DNA from: Candidatus Latescibacterota bacterium
GTDB lineage: Bacteria; Latescibacterota; UBA2968
Direction of reading: 5' to 3'
NCBI GenBank assembly: GCA_038279365.1
Contig: JAYODI010000016.1
Span: forward strand, 224-64,223
Length of the DNA: 64,000 nt
This document shows, one piece after another, positions 37,311 to 47,039 of this stretch (position 1 is the stretch's first letter; each line of letters starts with the position of its first letter). Below the pieces are notes generated by a model. That model was not told the DNA's origin, did not search any database, and saw only the letters and a program-made list of their open reading frames with translations. The position numbers were made by a program, and so were the translations under genes.

Positions 37311-38177
37311 ATGGCAAAAGCAGCGGTTCAAAAACCACAAATAAAAATAATGGCCGCAGATTGGTCATTGCGAGATTATCCTTCGGCAGGTAAACCGTGG
37401 TCGATACAGACCAAAGTACAAAAAGTCAAAGAAGCGGGTTTTCAGGGCATGGCTTCGGGAGCCAATGCAGAACTGGCCGCAGAATTACAGGCCCATGGCA
37501 TGGAGTTGGTTGGGGGGGTGGATGTGGGCAGTAAAAAGGCTGCTGAAGAAAAGCTACAGGCATTTGCCAATGTGGGTGTGATCCATGTCAATGTGCAATT
37601 GTGTGATCATGATACACCGACCAAAGATGCGGTAAAGATTGCACGACACGTGATGAAGGTAGGAGATAAACTCAAGATCAAACCCGCGATTGAAGTGCAT
37701 CGCGATACCTGTACGGAAACCCCCGAAAAGGCATTTGCACTGGCACTTGCTTATGAAAAAAAATACAAAAAGAAATTGCGAATGAATTTTGACCATTCTC
37801 ATCCTGCGATTATCAAACAAATTCGCCCCGCTGATTATTGGTCACGGTTGTCTGAGCGCACCGACTTGTTACAAATGCATGAGTTGATACATTTTCGTCC
37901 GTTTACGGGTAGCCATTGTCAAACACCCGTGACCAATGGACGTGGGCAGTTGGATCGTGATTTTAAGGTTTGGCTTGAAAATTATTTGGAACCCGCATTG
38001 GCCGCTTGGCTTGCTGGTGCAGAACCAGGTAAGACACTTTATGCGGTTCCCGAATTGGGGCCTCAGGGGTCGGGGTATGCATTGGCCTGTTTTCCTGATA
38101 TTTGGAAAGATGCCATTCGGGAAAAAGATGAAATCATGAAAGTTTGGCGGCGTCTGATTCGCAATTGGAAAGCATAA
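37311..38177 (+). CDS. probable xylose-isomerase-like TIM-barrel protein (sugar phosphate isomerase/epimerase family)
   Basis: SD GGGAGG. The beta-alpha pattern and the ..EAGFQG.. module resemble those in 38250..39020. The assignment is weak. Confidence 0.5.
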   Translation: MAKAAVQKPQIKIMAADWSLRDYPSAGKPWSIQTKVQKVKEAGFQGMASGANAELAAELQAHGMELVGGVDVGSKKAAEEKLQAFANVGVIHVNVQLCDHDTPTKDAVKIARHVMKVGDKLKIKPAIEVHRDTCTETPEKAFALALAYEKKYKKKLRMNFDHSHPAIIKQIRPADYWSRLSERTDLLQMHELIHFRPFTGSHCQTPVTNGRGQLDRDFKVWLENYLEPALAAWLAGAEPGKTLYAVPELGPQGSGYALACFPDIWKDAIREKDEIMKVWRRLIRNWKA

Positions 38178-38199
38178 TAAGCGGATAAAAGGGGTTGTG

Positions 38200-38229
38200 G
38201 GGCGTTTATTGGGCGGCCAATAAACGCCC
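38200..38229 (+). terminator. intrinsic terminator
   Basis: GGGCGTTTATTGG-GCGG-CCAATAAACGCCC forms a perfect 13-bp stem. Confidence 0.65.
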
Positions 38230-38249
38230 TGTTTATGAGAGGTGTGGAT

Positions 38250-39020
38250 ATGGCAGATATTTTGATTGGATCGATATTGTTGGATGTAAACCGATGGGGA
38301 AACCCAAAGGCGCCCACATATGAAGTGAGTGGGTGGCTTGATCGGTTTCAAGAGGCTGGTTTTGACGGGGTTGAACTGTGGGAGTACCATGCGACATTGT
38401 GTTCTGAGGATGAACGCAAACGTTTAATGGCATCGGACTTTGCCAGTACATTGTACAATATTTATTCAGACTTTAATGATGCTTCTGAAGCTGAGCGTAT
38501 GGCTGCGGCAGATATGATTGCTCAATTGGGTTCTCGGGGGGTGAAATTTAATGTGGGCAAAGACCCTGCTTTGCGTGCCGAATATTTAAAGAATTTACGT
38601 GCGTGGCGTGAGGCCGTACCTGATTCGTGTACTTTGATGTGTGAATGTCACCCTGGTACTGTTGTGGAAGACCCTGAAGCGGCCAAGTCTTTTTTTGACG
38701 AATTGGGTATGGATGGGTGGGAAGTGATGGTGCATTGTTTTATTCCTGAGCAAAATGTATTGAAGCGTTGGTTTGATCTATTTGGAGACAAAGTGACACA
38801 TGCCCATGTGCAAATGCGAGATGCACAACGCAATATTATGATGCTGGAAGAAGATTCTTCTCGGGCAAAAGCCGCATTAAAGTTGATGTATGATGCAGGA
38901 TTTAAGGGTTCTTATACGGTTGAGTTTGCAAAAGGCACACGTGAACCTGGGGAAAACATGGATGACTTGTGGGCTGCAGCCAAATCTGATTTGGACTTTT
39001 TACGTGCGCATACCCCCTAA
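38250..39020 (+). CDS. xylose-isomerase-like TIM-barrel protein (sugar phosphate isomerase/epimerase family)
   Basis: Motifs EAGFDGVELWEYH, ..CECHPGT.. and ..YTVEF... Confidence 0.65.
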   Translation: MADILIGSILLDVNRWGNPKAPTYEVSGWLDRFQEAGFDGVELWEYHATLCSEDERKRLMASDFASTLYNIYSDFNDASEAERMAAADMIAQLGSRGVKFNVGKDPALRAEYLKNLRAWREAVPDSCTLMCECHPGTVVEDPEAAKSFFDELGMDGWEVMVHCFIPEQNVLKRWFDLFGDKVTHAHVQMRDAQRNIMMLEEDSSRAKAALKLMYDAGFKGSYTVEFAKGTREPGENMDDLWAAAKSDLDFLRAHTP

Positions 39021-39174
39021 TTGGGCAAAACTGGGTGATGGTGATTTGTATCACAGTGGATGGGGGGAGAAATGGTTACATGAAGGGTCAGTTTCGGAAC
39101 ATTTCTATGTGTGGTGAGGCCACACGGGTCACTTGGATGCGATGGTTTTGTGTCTATTTGATAAGGACGGTATT

Positions 39175-39558
39175 ATGACTGACCCATTATATCCCTTTAG
39201 AGAGGGTTCTTTGTGGGGGTTTCGCGATGCATCTGGGCAAGTGGTGATCGCGGCCCAATTTGATGGTGCGGGAAGTTTCTCTGAAGGATTTGCACGTGTT
39301 AAAATGAATGGCAAGTGGGGTTTTGTAAACACTTTGGGTGAAATGGTTATTGTGCCCCAATTTGATCAGGCGCGTTTTTTTCAAGGTGGGTTTGCCAAAG
39401 TTCAACAAGGTAATGTTTGGGGATATATTGATGTAAAAGGTTTTTTTGTTGAAAAACTTCAAACCAATGGCTTTCTTGATAAAACAGGTGATTTTATTTC
39501 AGAAAAAGATTATCAACAGTGGGGTAAGCCACCCCGTGTTGATGATCATGAGTCGTGA
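39175..39558 (+). CDS. WG-repeat (KWG) protein
   Basis: Three repeats of the type G.WGF.D..G..VI.PQFD.A..F..GFA.V. The start is set at ATG 39175; the track start 39133 is TTG. Confidence 0.65.
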   Translation: MTDPLYPFREGSLWGFRDASGQVVIAAQFDGAGSFSEGFARVKMNGKWGFVNTLGEMVIVPQFDQARFFQGGFAKVQQGNVWGYIDVKGFFVEKLQTNGFLDKTGDFISEKDYQQWGKPPRVDDHES

Positions 39559-39604
39559 TAAATGGTGTTATTAATTTGGTGTTTTTTTTCGAAGGGGGTT
39601 GTTG

Positions 39605-40888
39605 ATGGCGCGTAAGGTAACCATTGCGCTTATTGGTGCGGGGATGTTTGGTGGCGATGTGCACGCTCGGGCCTATGCCGATTTGCAAAAGTGTGGTCTT
39701 AGTGGCAATTTGGGGCGTGTGGGTTTGGATGCTTGGGCACGGGATGTGGCCGATATTGAGTTTGACTTGGTGGCCGTGGCAACACGATCGGAAGCTTCGG
39801 CAAAACGTGCACAAGCCAACTTTAAAGCGTGGACCGGACATGCGCCCAAACCCTATTGGGGAGAAACCCCTTGGGAAGATGTTTTAAAAGACTTTCCAGA
39901 CTTAGATGTGATGGCTGTGGCAACGCCTGATAATTTGCACACACCTGTTGTGTTGGCAGCATTGAAAAATGGTACACATGTTTTAACTGAAAAGCCAATG
40001 TGTTTGTCCATTCAAGAGGCCGATGAGATTGTGCAATTGGCTCGCGAAAAAGACTTGATTTGTGCAGTGGACATGCACAAACGATATGACCCCGATCACT
40101 TGCGTATTCAGCATGATATTTCGGAACGTATTGGTGAACCGCTTTACGGTTTGGCCATGTTGGAAGAGCCCTTAGAGGTTTCAACGGGCACGTTTAAATG
40201 GGCAGAGCAGAGTGACCCATTTTCGTATGTGGGGCCTCACTGGGTTGACTTGTTTTATAATTACTATCGTTCCAAGCCTGTTTCGTTAACTGCTGTGGGG
40301 CAAAAGAAACGCTTGGTGCGCGACAATATTGATGCTTATGATGCCGTACAAGTGCGTGTTGATTTTGAAAATGGGATGAGTATTTATTTTCATAACAACT
40401 GGATTAACCCCGAAGATTTTGAAGGCAATGTGAATCAGGAACACGAAATTGTTGGCACCGATGGCAAAGTGGAGTCGGATCAGCAATACCGAGGGTTTCG
40501 ATATTGGTATAATGGCGGGGGGAGTCGCACGTCTAACAATCACTTTACGCGTGATGTGGAACGCCCAGATGGTTCACATGCTTATATTGGGTATGGTGTG
40601 GACAGTATTACGGTGTCTTTGGTGGCCATTTGTCGGGTGAAGTATTTGGGTGATTCTGTGGAAGATGTGAAAGCGATTTATCCAACAGCAGAAGATGGGC
40701 GCATTACGTCTGCTATTGTGGATGCGGCACGTGTGGTGCGCGATTTGAACTTTAAGTACTTAAGTGAAGGAAAAGGCGCAACCGTAACGGCGAGATTTGG
40801 CAAAGACGGCATTACCATTGTCGATCCAAACCGTTTGGATGAAGGTGCCGATGCTGTGTTTCAAAAGATTTATGACAAACCCATTTAG
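39605..40888 (+). CDS. Gfo/Idh/MocA family oxidoreductase
   Basis: Motifs VTIALIGAGMFGG and TEKP. SD GAAGGGGG. Confidence 0.8.
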   Translation: MARKVTIALIGAGMFGGDVHARAYADLQKCGLSGNLGRVGLDAWARDVADIEFDLVAVATRSEASAKRAQANFKAWTGHAPKPYWGETPWEDVLKDFPDLDVMAVATPDNLHTPVVLAALKNGTHVLTEKPMCLSIQEADEIVQLAREKDLICAVDMHKRYDPDHLRIQHDISERIGEPLYGLAMLEEPLEVSTGTFKWAEQSDPFSYVGPHWVDLFYNYYRSKPVSLTAVGQKKRLVRDNIDAYDAVQVRVDFENGMSIYFHNNWINPEDFEGNVNQEHEIVGTDGKVESDQQYRGFRYWYNGGGSRTSNNHFTRDVERPDGSHAYIGYGVDSITVSLVAICRVKYLGDSVEDVKAIYPTAEDGRITSAIVDAARVVRDLNFKYLSEGKGATVTARFGKDGITIVDPNRLDEGADAVFQKIYDKPI

Positions 40889-40946
40889 TTTTATGATGCA
40901 TCATTTTAAAACCAATTTTCAATTGTGTGATTGAATAGGAGTTGTG

Positions 40947-42320
40947 ATGGGTAAAGAGTTTGATATAACACCTGTAGATGTGCCAAAAGTTGAAACAAAA
41001 TATAGACGCATTGTGACACAAATTCCACATCCTGAATCGGTTCAAACCCTTAAAACACTGCACCGTGTCGAACCCATTTCAATGCGAGGGCAGCCTCCTA
41101 TTGTGTGGGAGCGCGCCGAAGATTGCCAGGTGTATGACAAGTATGGCAATATGTGGTTGGATTGGAGTTCGGGTGTTTTGGTAACCAATGCAGGGCATGG
41201 TATGCCTGAGGTGAGACAAGCCATTATTGATCAAGTCAACAGTGGGTTGTTGCACAATTATGTGTTTCCAAGTGAAGAACGTGCGGCATTGGCCGAGTTT
41301 TTGGTTGAATTGGCACCTGAAGGAATGGACAAAGTTTTTTTGCTCACGACGGGATCTGAGTCGACAGAAAATGCGTTTAAATTGGCACGTACGTATGGTA
41401 TTTCTAAGGGTGGCAAAAAGAAGATCGGGTTTGTGGGGTTTGAACGTGGTTTTCACGGACGAACCTTGGGGGCACAGCAAGCGGGTGGGATTCCGGGACA
41501 AAAAAATTGGATCGGAAATGAAGACCCTGCAATCGTGCAAGTGCCCTTTCCCGATGGGTATTGGACTGAAAATGTTGATTTTGACTATTTTTGCACGAGC
41601 TTAGAAAAAAAAGGTCTCAAACCCGATGAAGTATGTGGGGTGATGTTGGAGACCTATCAAGGTGTCGGACCGGACTTTGCCCCTGTGGAATATGTAAGGG
41701 CATTGGCTGAGTGGTGTAAAAAGCACGATGTGTTGCTCATCTTTGATGAAGTACAAGCAGGCTTTGGGCGCACGGGAAAATTTTGGGGATTTGAACATTA
41801 TGGCGTTGTGCCCGATTTGCTTTGTTTTGGCAAAGGCGTGAGCAGTTCGCTGCCATTGTCGGGCGTAATTGGTCGCAAAGAAGTAATGGATCAATATCCT
41901 GCTGGGTCGATGACGAGTACGCACACGGGTAATCCGGTGTGTTGTGCCGCGGCGTTGGCGAGTTTAAAAAAGATTGTCAATGAAGATCTCACTGGAAATG
42001 CGGCACGTTTGGAACCGATTGTGATGGATGCATTGACCGCCATTCAGAAAAAGCACCCAGATGTGATTGGGCATGTGACCTGTAAAGGTTTGGTGGGTGG
42101 TTTACAAACGGTGAAGGCGGGTGAAAAAACGCCCGACCCAGATTTGGCCTATGACATTATTTTAAAGTGTTTTCACAAAGGCTTGCTCTTTTTTGCCCCT
42201 GTGGGTGCTTGGGGCCAAACGGTTAAAATATCGCCGCCCTTAACTATTACACAAGAGGCCTTAGAAGATGGTTTGCAGGTTTTGGCCTCATGTGTGGATG
42301 AAGTTATTGCCAGTCGGTAA
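40947..42320 (+). CDS. class III (omega/acetylornithine/GABA-type) PLP aminotransferase
   Basis: Motifs GSESTENA, LIFDEVQAGFGRTG, CFGKG (PLP Lys) and TSTHTGNP. Confidence 0.9.
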   Translation: MGKEFDITPVDVPKVETKYRRIVTQIPHPESVQTLKTLHRVEPISMRGQPPIVWERAEDCQVYDKYGNMWLDWSSGVLVTNAGHGMPEVRQAIIDQVNSGLLHNYVFPSEERAALAEFLVELAPEGMDKVFLLTTGSESTENAFKLARTYGISKGGKKKIGFVGFERGFHGRTLGAQQAGGIPGQKNWIGNEDPAIVQVPFPDGYWTENVDFDYFCTSLEKKGLKPDEVCGVMLETYQGVGPDFAPVEYVRALAEWCKKHDVLLIFDEVQAGFGRTGKFWGFEHYGVVPDLLCFGKGVSSSLPLSGVIGRKEVMDQYPAGSMTSTHTGNPVCCAAALASLKKIVNEDLTGNAARLEPIVMDALTAIQKKHPDVIGHVTCKGLVGGLQTVKAGEKTPDPDLAYDIILKCFHKGLLFFAPVGAWGQTVKISPPLTITQEALEDGLQVLASCVDEVIASR

Positions 42321-42382
42321 GGTGCGGGCAAATGTGAAGTCGGAAGAGCATAGACATTGCTTGTTGGTCATTTGAGGTTTTC

Positions 42383-43543
42383 ATGCGGCGGGTGATGCGT
42401 TCCATTTGGCGATTTGTGAGATCCATTGTTGAGAACCAGTTGGTTTGGATTGTCTCGATGATTGTGGTGTTTGCACTTGTGAGTGGATATGCAATTTTGC
42501 TGTTTGAAAAACAACCCGACCGCGAAGAATTTGCTACGCTTGCCGATGGTATTTGGTGGGCTGTGGTAACCATGACCACTGTGGGATATGGCGATGAATA
42601 TCCCATTACCACGCCGGGGCGTATTATTGGTGTGGCACTGATGTTTTCGAGCATTGGGTTGGTGTCGGTTTTCACGGCAACGATATCGTCTATTTTTGTG
42701 GCACGAAAAATTCGAGAGGGACGCGGTTTGGAAGAGGTTGATTTTGAAGACCATGTGTTGATTTGTGGTTGGAATGCCAAGGCCATTCGGGTGGTGGATA
42801 CCTTATATCAATCTACATCACCGCCCAAGGTGGTTTTGGTGAGTTCGATTGCTCCTGATGATATGGATAATGTGATAAAAGCCCATTCCAAAATGGATAT
42901 ACGTTTTGTGCGAGGCGATTATACCAAGGAAGAAGTTTTGGACAACGCCAATATCCGGTATGCCCGGGCCGCCATTTTGTTGCCTGATTTGTCTGATCCC
43001 AACACCATTAATGCCCCTGATCAACGCACCATTTTGGGGGCACATGTGATTCGGTCGATTAACCCCGAAATGAAAGTGTATGCGCATTTGCTTGAAGAAG
43101 AGTATTTGATGGATCTCAAACGTGCAGAAGTAGATGGGGTGGTTGTGAGTGATGCCTATTCTGGCGAACTGTTGGCCGAACATGTGGCATCACCTGGCAC
43201 ACCACAAGTGGTCGATTTGTTGCTCAACGATCAGACCCAGTCGGAGTTGGAACGCACACCTGTTCCTGCAGAGTTTGTGGGGCGAAAATTTATGGATCTG
43301 TTTGTGCATTTCAAACAAGAACGCGATTGTATTTTGATTGGGTTTGTGCGTGAAGCGCCTGGTTTTGGTTTGGACGATGAAATTTCGGGGGGCAACCGCG
43401 AGATCTTGGATTTGATCAAGCGCAAAGTGCAAGAAGCGGGTATCAATACGCGTACCAAAAGTAAAATTGACGTGCAGCTCAATCCGCCAAATGAGTATGT
43501 GATACGGGAAAGCGACTATGCCATCGTCATCAGAAATGCCTGA
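42383..43543 (+). CDS. two-TM potassium channel with cytoplasmic RCK/TrkA domain (MthK-like)
   Basis: Selectivity filter TTVGYGD flanked by two hydrophobic helices, then the Rossmann-like HVLICGWN and a TrkA-C-like tail. Confidence 0.85.
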   Translation: MRRVMRSIWRFVRSIVENQLVWIVSMIVVFALVSGYAILLFEKQPDREEFATLADGIWWAVVTMTTVGYGDEYPITTPGRIIGVALMFSSIGLVSVFTATISSIFVARKIREGRGLEEVDFEDHVLICGWNAKAIRVVDTLYQSTSPPKVVLVSSIAPDDMDNVIKAHSKMDIRFVRGDYTKEEVLDNANIRYARAAILLPDLSDPNTINAPDQRTILGAHVIRSINPEMKVYAHLLEEEYLMDLKRAEVDGVVVSDAYSGELLAEHVASPGTPQVVDLLLNDQTQSELERTPVPAEFVGRKFMDLFVHFKQERDCILIGFVREAPGFGLDDEISGGNREILDLIKRKVQEAGINTRTKSKIDVQLNPPNEYVIRESDYAIVIRNA

Positions 43544-44078
43544 AACCGACGGCTTGATATCACTCAAAGAATTGAGTTTGTTCCATATTTTTCGTGACCT
43601 GAGTGATGAAAAGTTGGCAAAGGTTCGCGACATTATAGAGATCAAAAAATGGGCGGCTGATGAGGTTGTCATTCAAGATGGTGAGGTGGGGGACACCCTT
43701 TATTTGTTGTTGGATGGTGAGGTGGCCGTGACCAAAGCACTGGTATTGCGCATGTCTCGGCAAGAGGTGGATCAAACAGATAAATCGTTTTTAAGTTTGT
43801 CTTCGGCACCCCATCCCACATTTGGGAAGCCTATTTTTGGAGAAATGGCTCTTTTTAGTGACAACAGCAAACGCACAGCCACTGTTAAGACCACCTGTGC
43901 GTCTACGTTGGGTGTGATTTATCGTGAGCCATTTTTTAATCTTTGTGAATCGGACATGGAAATTGGCTATCGCATTTCTAACACCATTGCGGTGATGTTG
44001 AGCGATCGTTTGGATAAGGCCAATCAAGACGTGCTTAATTTGACAACGGCGTTGAGTTTTGTGTTGGCATCCCATTAG
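43518..44078 (+). CDS. cyclic-nucleotide-binding (cNMP/CAP effector) domain protein
   Basis: Motifs GDTLYLLLDGEV and FGEMALFS...RTATV. It overlaps the channel gene end by 26 nt; the alternative start ATG 43536 gives an 8-nt overlap. Confidence 0.8.
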   Translation: MPSSSEMPETDGLISLKELSLFHIFRDLSDEKLAKVRDIIEIKKWAADEVVIQDGEVGDTLYLLLDGEVAVTKALVLRMSRQEVDQTDKSFLSLSSAPHPTFGKPIFGEMALFSDNSKRTATVKTTCASTLGVIYREPFFNLCESDMEIGYRISNTIAVMLSDRLDKANQDVLNLTTALSFVLASH

Positions 44079-44083
44079 GTGAG

Positions 44084-44578
44084 GTGTATATGAATCGTCA
44101 ACAACATATGTTGATGACGATTCTCCAGAAGATTCGCGTTTTTGATGGCTTGGAGATTCATGAAGCACAAACTTTGCTTTCGCTTGCGCAGATGCGACAG
44201 TTTGAAAAGGCTGAGATTGTTTACACATTTGGCGACCCCAGCAATGATATGTTGGTGTTAATCAAGGGGCGTTTGAAAGTGATGAGTAAAGATGGCAAAC
44301 CGTTGGTCGATATTCCGCCAGGGGCTTCAACGGGTGAGATGGGTTTGTTTACTGGGATGCCGCGTTCTGCAACCATTATGGCTGCAGAGCAGTCGGTCTG
44401 TGTGATGTTTGAGCGGTCGCGCCTGCGCAACCTTATGGAGACTGAGGTTCATCTAAAAAGTGTGATTTTGCAAAATGTGGTTGATTTGCTTGCTGAGCGG
44501 TTGGTGGAGACGGATCGTAAACTTGTGGAACAGATGCAACGTGTTGCAGAATTGGAAGGAAAACAGCCGGCACCATGA
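44084..44578 (+). CDS. cyclic-nucleotide-binding domain protein
   Basis: Motifs MLVLIKGRLKV and TGEMGLFTGMPRSATI. Confidence 0.8.
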   Translation: MYMNRQQHMLMTILQKIRVFDGLEIHEAQTLLSLAQMRQFEKAEIVYTFGDPSNDMLVLIKGRLKVMSKDGKPLVDIPPGASTGEMGLFTGMPRSATIMAAEQSVCVMFERSRLRNLMETEVHLKSVILQNVVDLLAERLVETDRKLVEQMQRVAELEGKQPAP

Positions 44579-44603
44579 GGTTAAATACATCTATTCATTG
44601 ATT

Positions 44604-44638
44604 GGTGAATTGAACATGGTTCGATTCACCTTTTTTTT
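44604..44638 (+). terminator. intrinsic terminator
   Basis: GGTGAATTGAAC-ATG-GTTCGATTCACC followed by TTTTTTTT. Confidence 0.75.
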
Positions 44639-44650
44639 AAGAGGTTTCTA

Positions 44651-45811
44651 TTGGTGAAACAAGGTGGAATTGGTGAAATTGCGGCCCTCTTTTTAAAATT
44701 GGGTGTGATTGGATTTGGTGGGCCTGCGGCACATATTGCCATGATGGAAGACGAGGTGGTAAGCAAACGCAGTTGGATGTCTCGTGAGCAGTTTTTGGAT
44801 TTGGTGGGTGTCACCAGCATTATTCCTGGGCCCAACTCAACTGAGATGGCCATCCATGTGGGGTATTTGCGGGGTGGGTTCTTGGGTTTGGTGGTGGCGG
44901 GTTTGTGTTTTATTTTGCCAGCGGTGACAATTACTACGGTGTTTGCTTGGTTGTATATGTCTTATGGGGCTGTGCCGCAGGTGGCGTGGATGCTCTATGG
45001 TATTAAACCTGCGGTTTTGGCCGTGATCTTAGGGGCTCTGTGGCGATTGGGTAGCAAAGCGCTTAAAGGATGGCGACTGACGTTTTTGGGTGTGGCGGTG
45101 ATGCTTGTGGCACTTACTGAGTTTAGTGGTGTGTTTGCGTTATTGGGTGGGGGCGTGTTGGGGATGCTGTGGTTGCGTATGTCACAACGTGAAGGTGATG
45201 CAGGTCAGGCTATGGTGGCATTGCCTTTTGCGGGGTCTGTGACGGCAACGCTGATGAGTGTGGCACCTGTTGGTGGGCCTTCGTTGTTGGCTTTGGGACT
45301 GTTCTTTTTAAAAATTGGTTCTATTTTGTATGGCAGTGGGTATGTGTTGGTTGCTTTTTTAGAGGAAGAGGTGGTGTTGCAGTATGCGTGGATGACGCAA
45401 GAGCAATTGCTAGAAGCCATTGCAATTGGCCAGTTTACGCCCGGGCCGGTTTTGTCTACGGCTGCATTTATTGGATATGTGGTGACGGGGGGATCGCTTT
45501 TGGGGGCATTGGTTGCTTCTGGGGCTATTTTTTTACCGTCTTTTGTATTTGTTATGGTGTTGAATCCCGTGTTGCCCAAATTGCGACAATCGGCGTGGGT
45601 ATCGGCCTTTTTGGATGCGGTTAATGTGTGTGCTGTGGGTTTGTTGGCGGCTGTTACCCTGGAATTGGGCTATTTGACATTGGATGATTGGCCCAAGTAT
45701 GTGATTGCGGGTGTGGCTGCTGTATTGGGACTTTGGCGGGGTGTTGGGGCTGTTTGGTTGGTTTTGGGTGGGGCGGTTGCTGGCTGGCTGGTCGTGATGA
45801 TCGGATATTGA
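44651..45811 (+). CDS. chrA: chromate ion transporter (CHR) family protein, two-domain
   Basis: FLKLGVIGFGGPAAHIAMM...IIPGPNSTE, and a second-half repeat FLKIGSILYGSGYVLV...FTPGP. Confidence 0.85.
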   Translation: MVKQGGIGEIAALFLKLGVIGFGGPAAHIAMMEDEVVSKRSWMSREQFLDLVGVTSIIPGPNSTEMAIHVGYLRGGFLGLVVAGLCFILPAVTITTVFAWLYMSYGAVPQVAWMLYGIKPAVLAVILGALWRLGSKALKGWRLTFLGVAVMLVALTEFSGVFALLGGGVLGMLWLRMSQREGDAGQAMVALPFAGSVTATLMSVAPVGGPSLLALGLFFLKIGSILYGSGYVLVAFLEEEVVLQYAWMTQEQLLEAIAIGQFTPGPVLSTAAFIGYVVTGGSLLGALVASGAIFLPSFVFVMVLNPVLPKLRQSAWVSAFLDAVNVCAVGLLAAVTLELGYLTLDDWPKYVIAGVAAVLGLWRGVGAVWLVLGGAVAGWLVVMIGY

Positions 45812-45851
45812 GGGTTAGGTATTGGTGGATGATAACGAGAAGGGATATCTG

Positions 45852-47039
45852 ATGGATTTACATGAAAAATATCGATTGACGCGCATTGTCAATGCCTGTG
45901 GCAAGGTGACTAAATTGGCGGGTGCCATTGTGTTGCCAGACGTGCGTGAGGTGGTGACCGAAGCGATGGGGCAATTTTTTGACTTGGAAGAGTTGCAAAT
46001 GCGTTCGGGAGAAGTGATTGCTAAGGCGACGGGGGCACAGTGGGGCTGCGTGACGGCTTGTACGGCTGCGGGCATTACACTGAGTGTGGCGGCAACCATG
46101 ACTGGTAAGTCTTTGGGGAAAGTGGGGCAATTGCCTGATACCACGGGCATGAAAAATGAGGTGGTAATCCAAAAGGGGCATACGGTTAACTTTGGCGCGC
46201 CTGTTACACAAATGGTGCGCCTTGCGGGTGCCAAGGTGATAGAGGTGGGCACGGTTGATGGTGCCTCAGAAGCGTTATTGGATCATGCCATTGGTGATGC
46301 GACGGCAGCTGTTTTGTTTGTGGTGTCACACCATACTGTACAGTTTGGATGTGTGACGTTGGCACGCGTGGTTGAGCTGGCGCATAAACGTGGTGTGCCC
46401 GTGATCGTTGATGGTGCGGCACAATCGTTTTTGATTAAAGAGATAGTGGAAACAGGGGCTGATTTGGTGATTTGCAGTGGGCATAAGTATTTGTCGGGCA
46501 CAACGGCGGGTGTGGTGTGTGGCAAGCGCGATTTGGTAGAAGCGGTTCATTTACAAAATAAGGGGATTGGCCGCCCGATGAAGGTGGGGAAAGAGGGGAT
46601 TTTTGGGGTGATGGCTGCGTTGGAATATCGGATGAAATTGGATGTGAAGGGTTGGCAGACGGAACAAAATCGCAAAATGCAGATGGTTTTGGATCAGTTA
46701 AAGGGCATTGATGGGGTGCAACTAAGTGTGGACAATGACCCCAATGGAAATCCGTTTGGTCGGGCCCATGTGGGCATTGATGCGTTGGTGGTGGGTTTGT
46801 CTCCGGCAGTGGTTTCTGCCGTCTTAAAAGACAACGACCCCGCCATCCATTTGCGTGATCACCACGTGGATGAAGGGTTTTTTACTGTGGATGCTATGGA
46901 ATTGACAGATGAAGAAGTTGTGCTGACCTGCCAACGATTGCGTGAGGTACTTACGGCATCTGAGGCTGAAAAAAGCCATCTGATGCATAAATATGGGGGG
47001 GGCGAACCTGTCGATATCAAACGCCATTGGTTGCGTTAG
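45852..47039 (+). CDS. SelA-family PLP-dependent enzyme lacking the tRNA-binding N-domain (DgaE / SelA-like)
   Basis: VICSGHKYLSGTTAGVVCGKRDLVEAV...GRPMKVGKEGI parallels the SelA motif SGDKLLGGPQAGIIVGKKELI...RALRVDK. At about 395 aa it is too short for a bona fide SelA. Confidence 0.65.
   Translation: MDLHEKYRLTRIVNACGKVTKLAGAIVLPDVREVVTEAMGQFFDLEELQMRSGEVIAKATGAQWGCVTACTAAGITLSVAATMTGKSLGKVGQLPDTTGMKNEVVIQKGHTVNFGAPVTQMVRLAGAKVIEVGTVDGASEALLDHAIGDATAAVLFVVSHHTVQFGCVTLARVVELAHKRGVPVIVDGAAQSFLIKEIVETGADLVICSGHKYLSGTTAGVVCGKRDLVEAVHLQNKGIGRPMKVGKEGIFGVMAALEYRMKLDVKGWQTEQNRKMQMVLDQLKGIDGVQLSVDNDPNGNPFGRAHVGIDALVVGLSPAVVSAVLKDNDPAIHLRDHHVDEGFFTVDAMELTDEEVVLTCQRLREVLTASEAEKSHLMHKYGGGEPVDIKRHWLR

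Noticed and set aside
43518-43543. The 26-nt overlap between the K+ channel and the first cNMP-binding gene as a programmed frameshift or fusion.
   Set aside because: There is no slippery heptamer or downstream structure. Both ORFs are complete domains with their own start and stop, so ordinary overlapping or coupled genes are the simpler explanation.
45852-47039. Bona fide selenocysteine synthase SelA supporting the Sec codon.
   Set aside because: It is about 65 aa shorter than SelA and lacks the N-terminal tRNA-binding domain. No selB, selD or tRNA-Sec lies nearby. Calling it selA would be over-interpretation.
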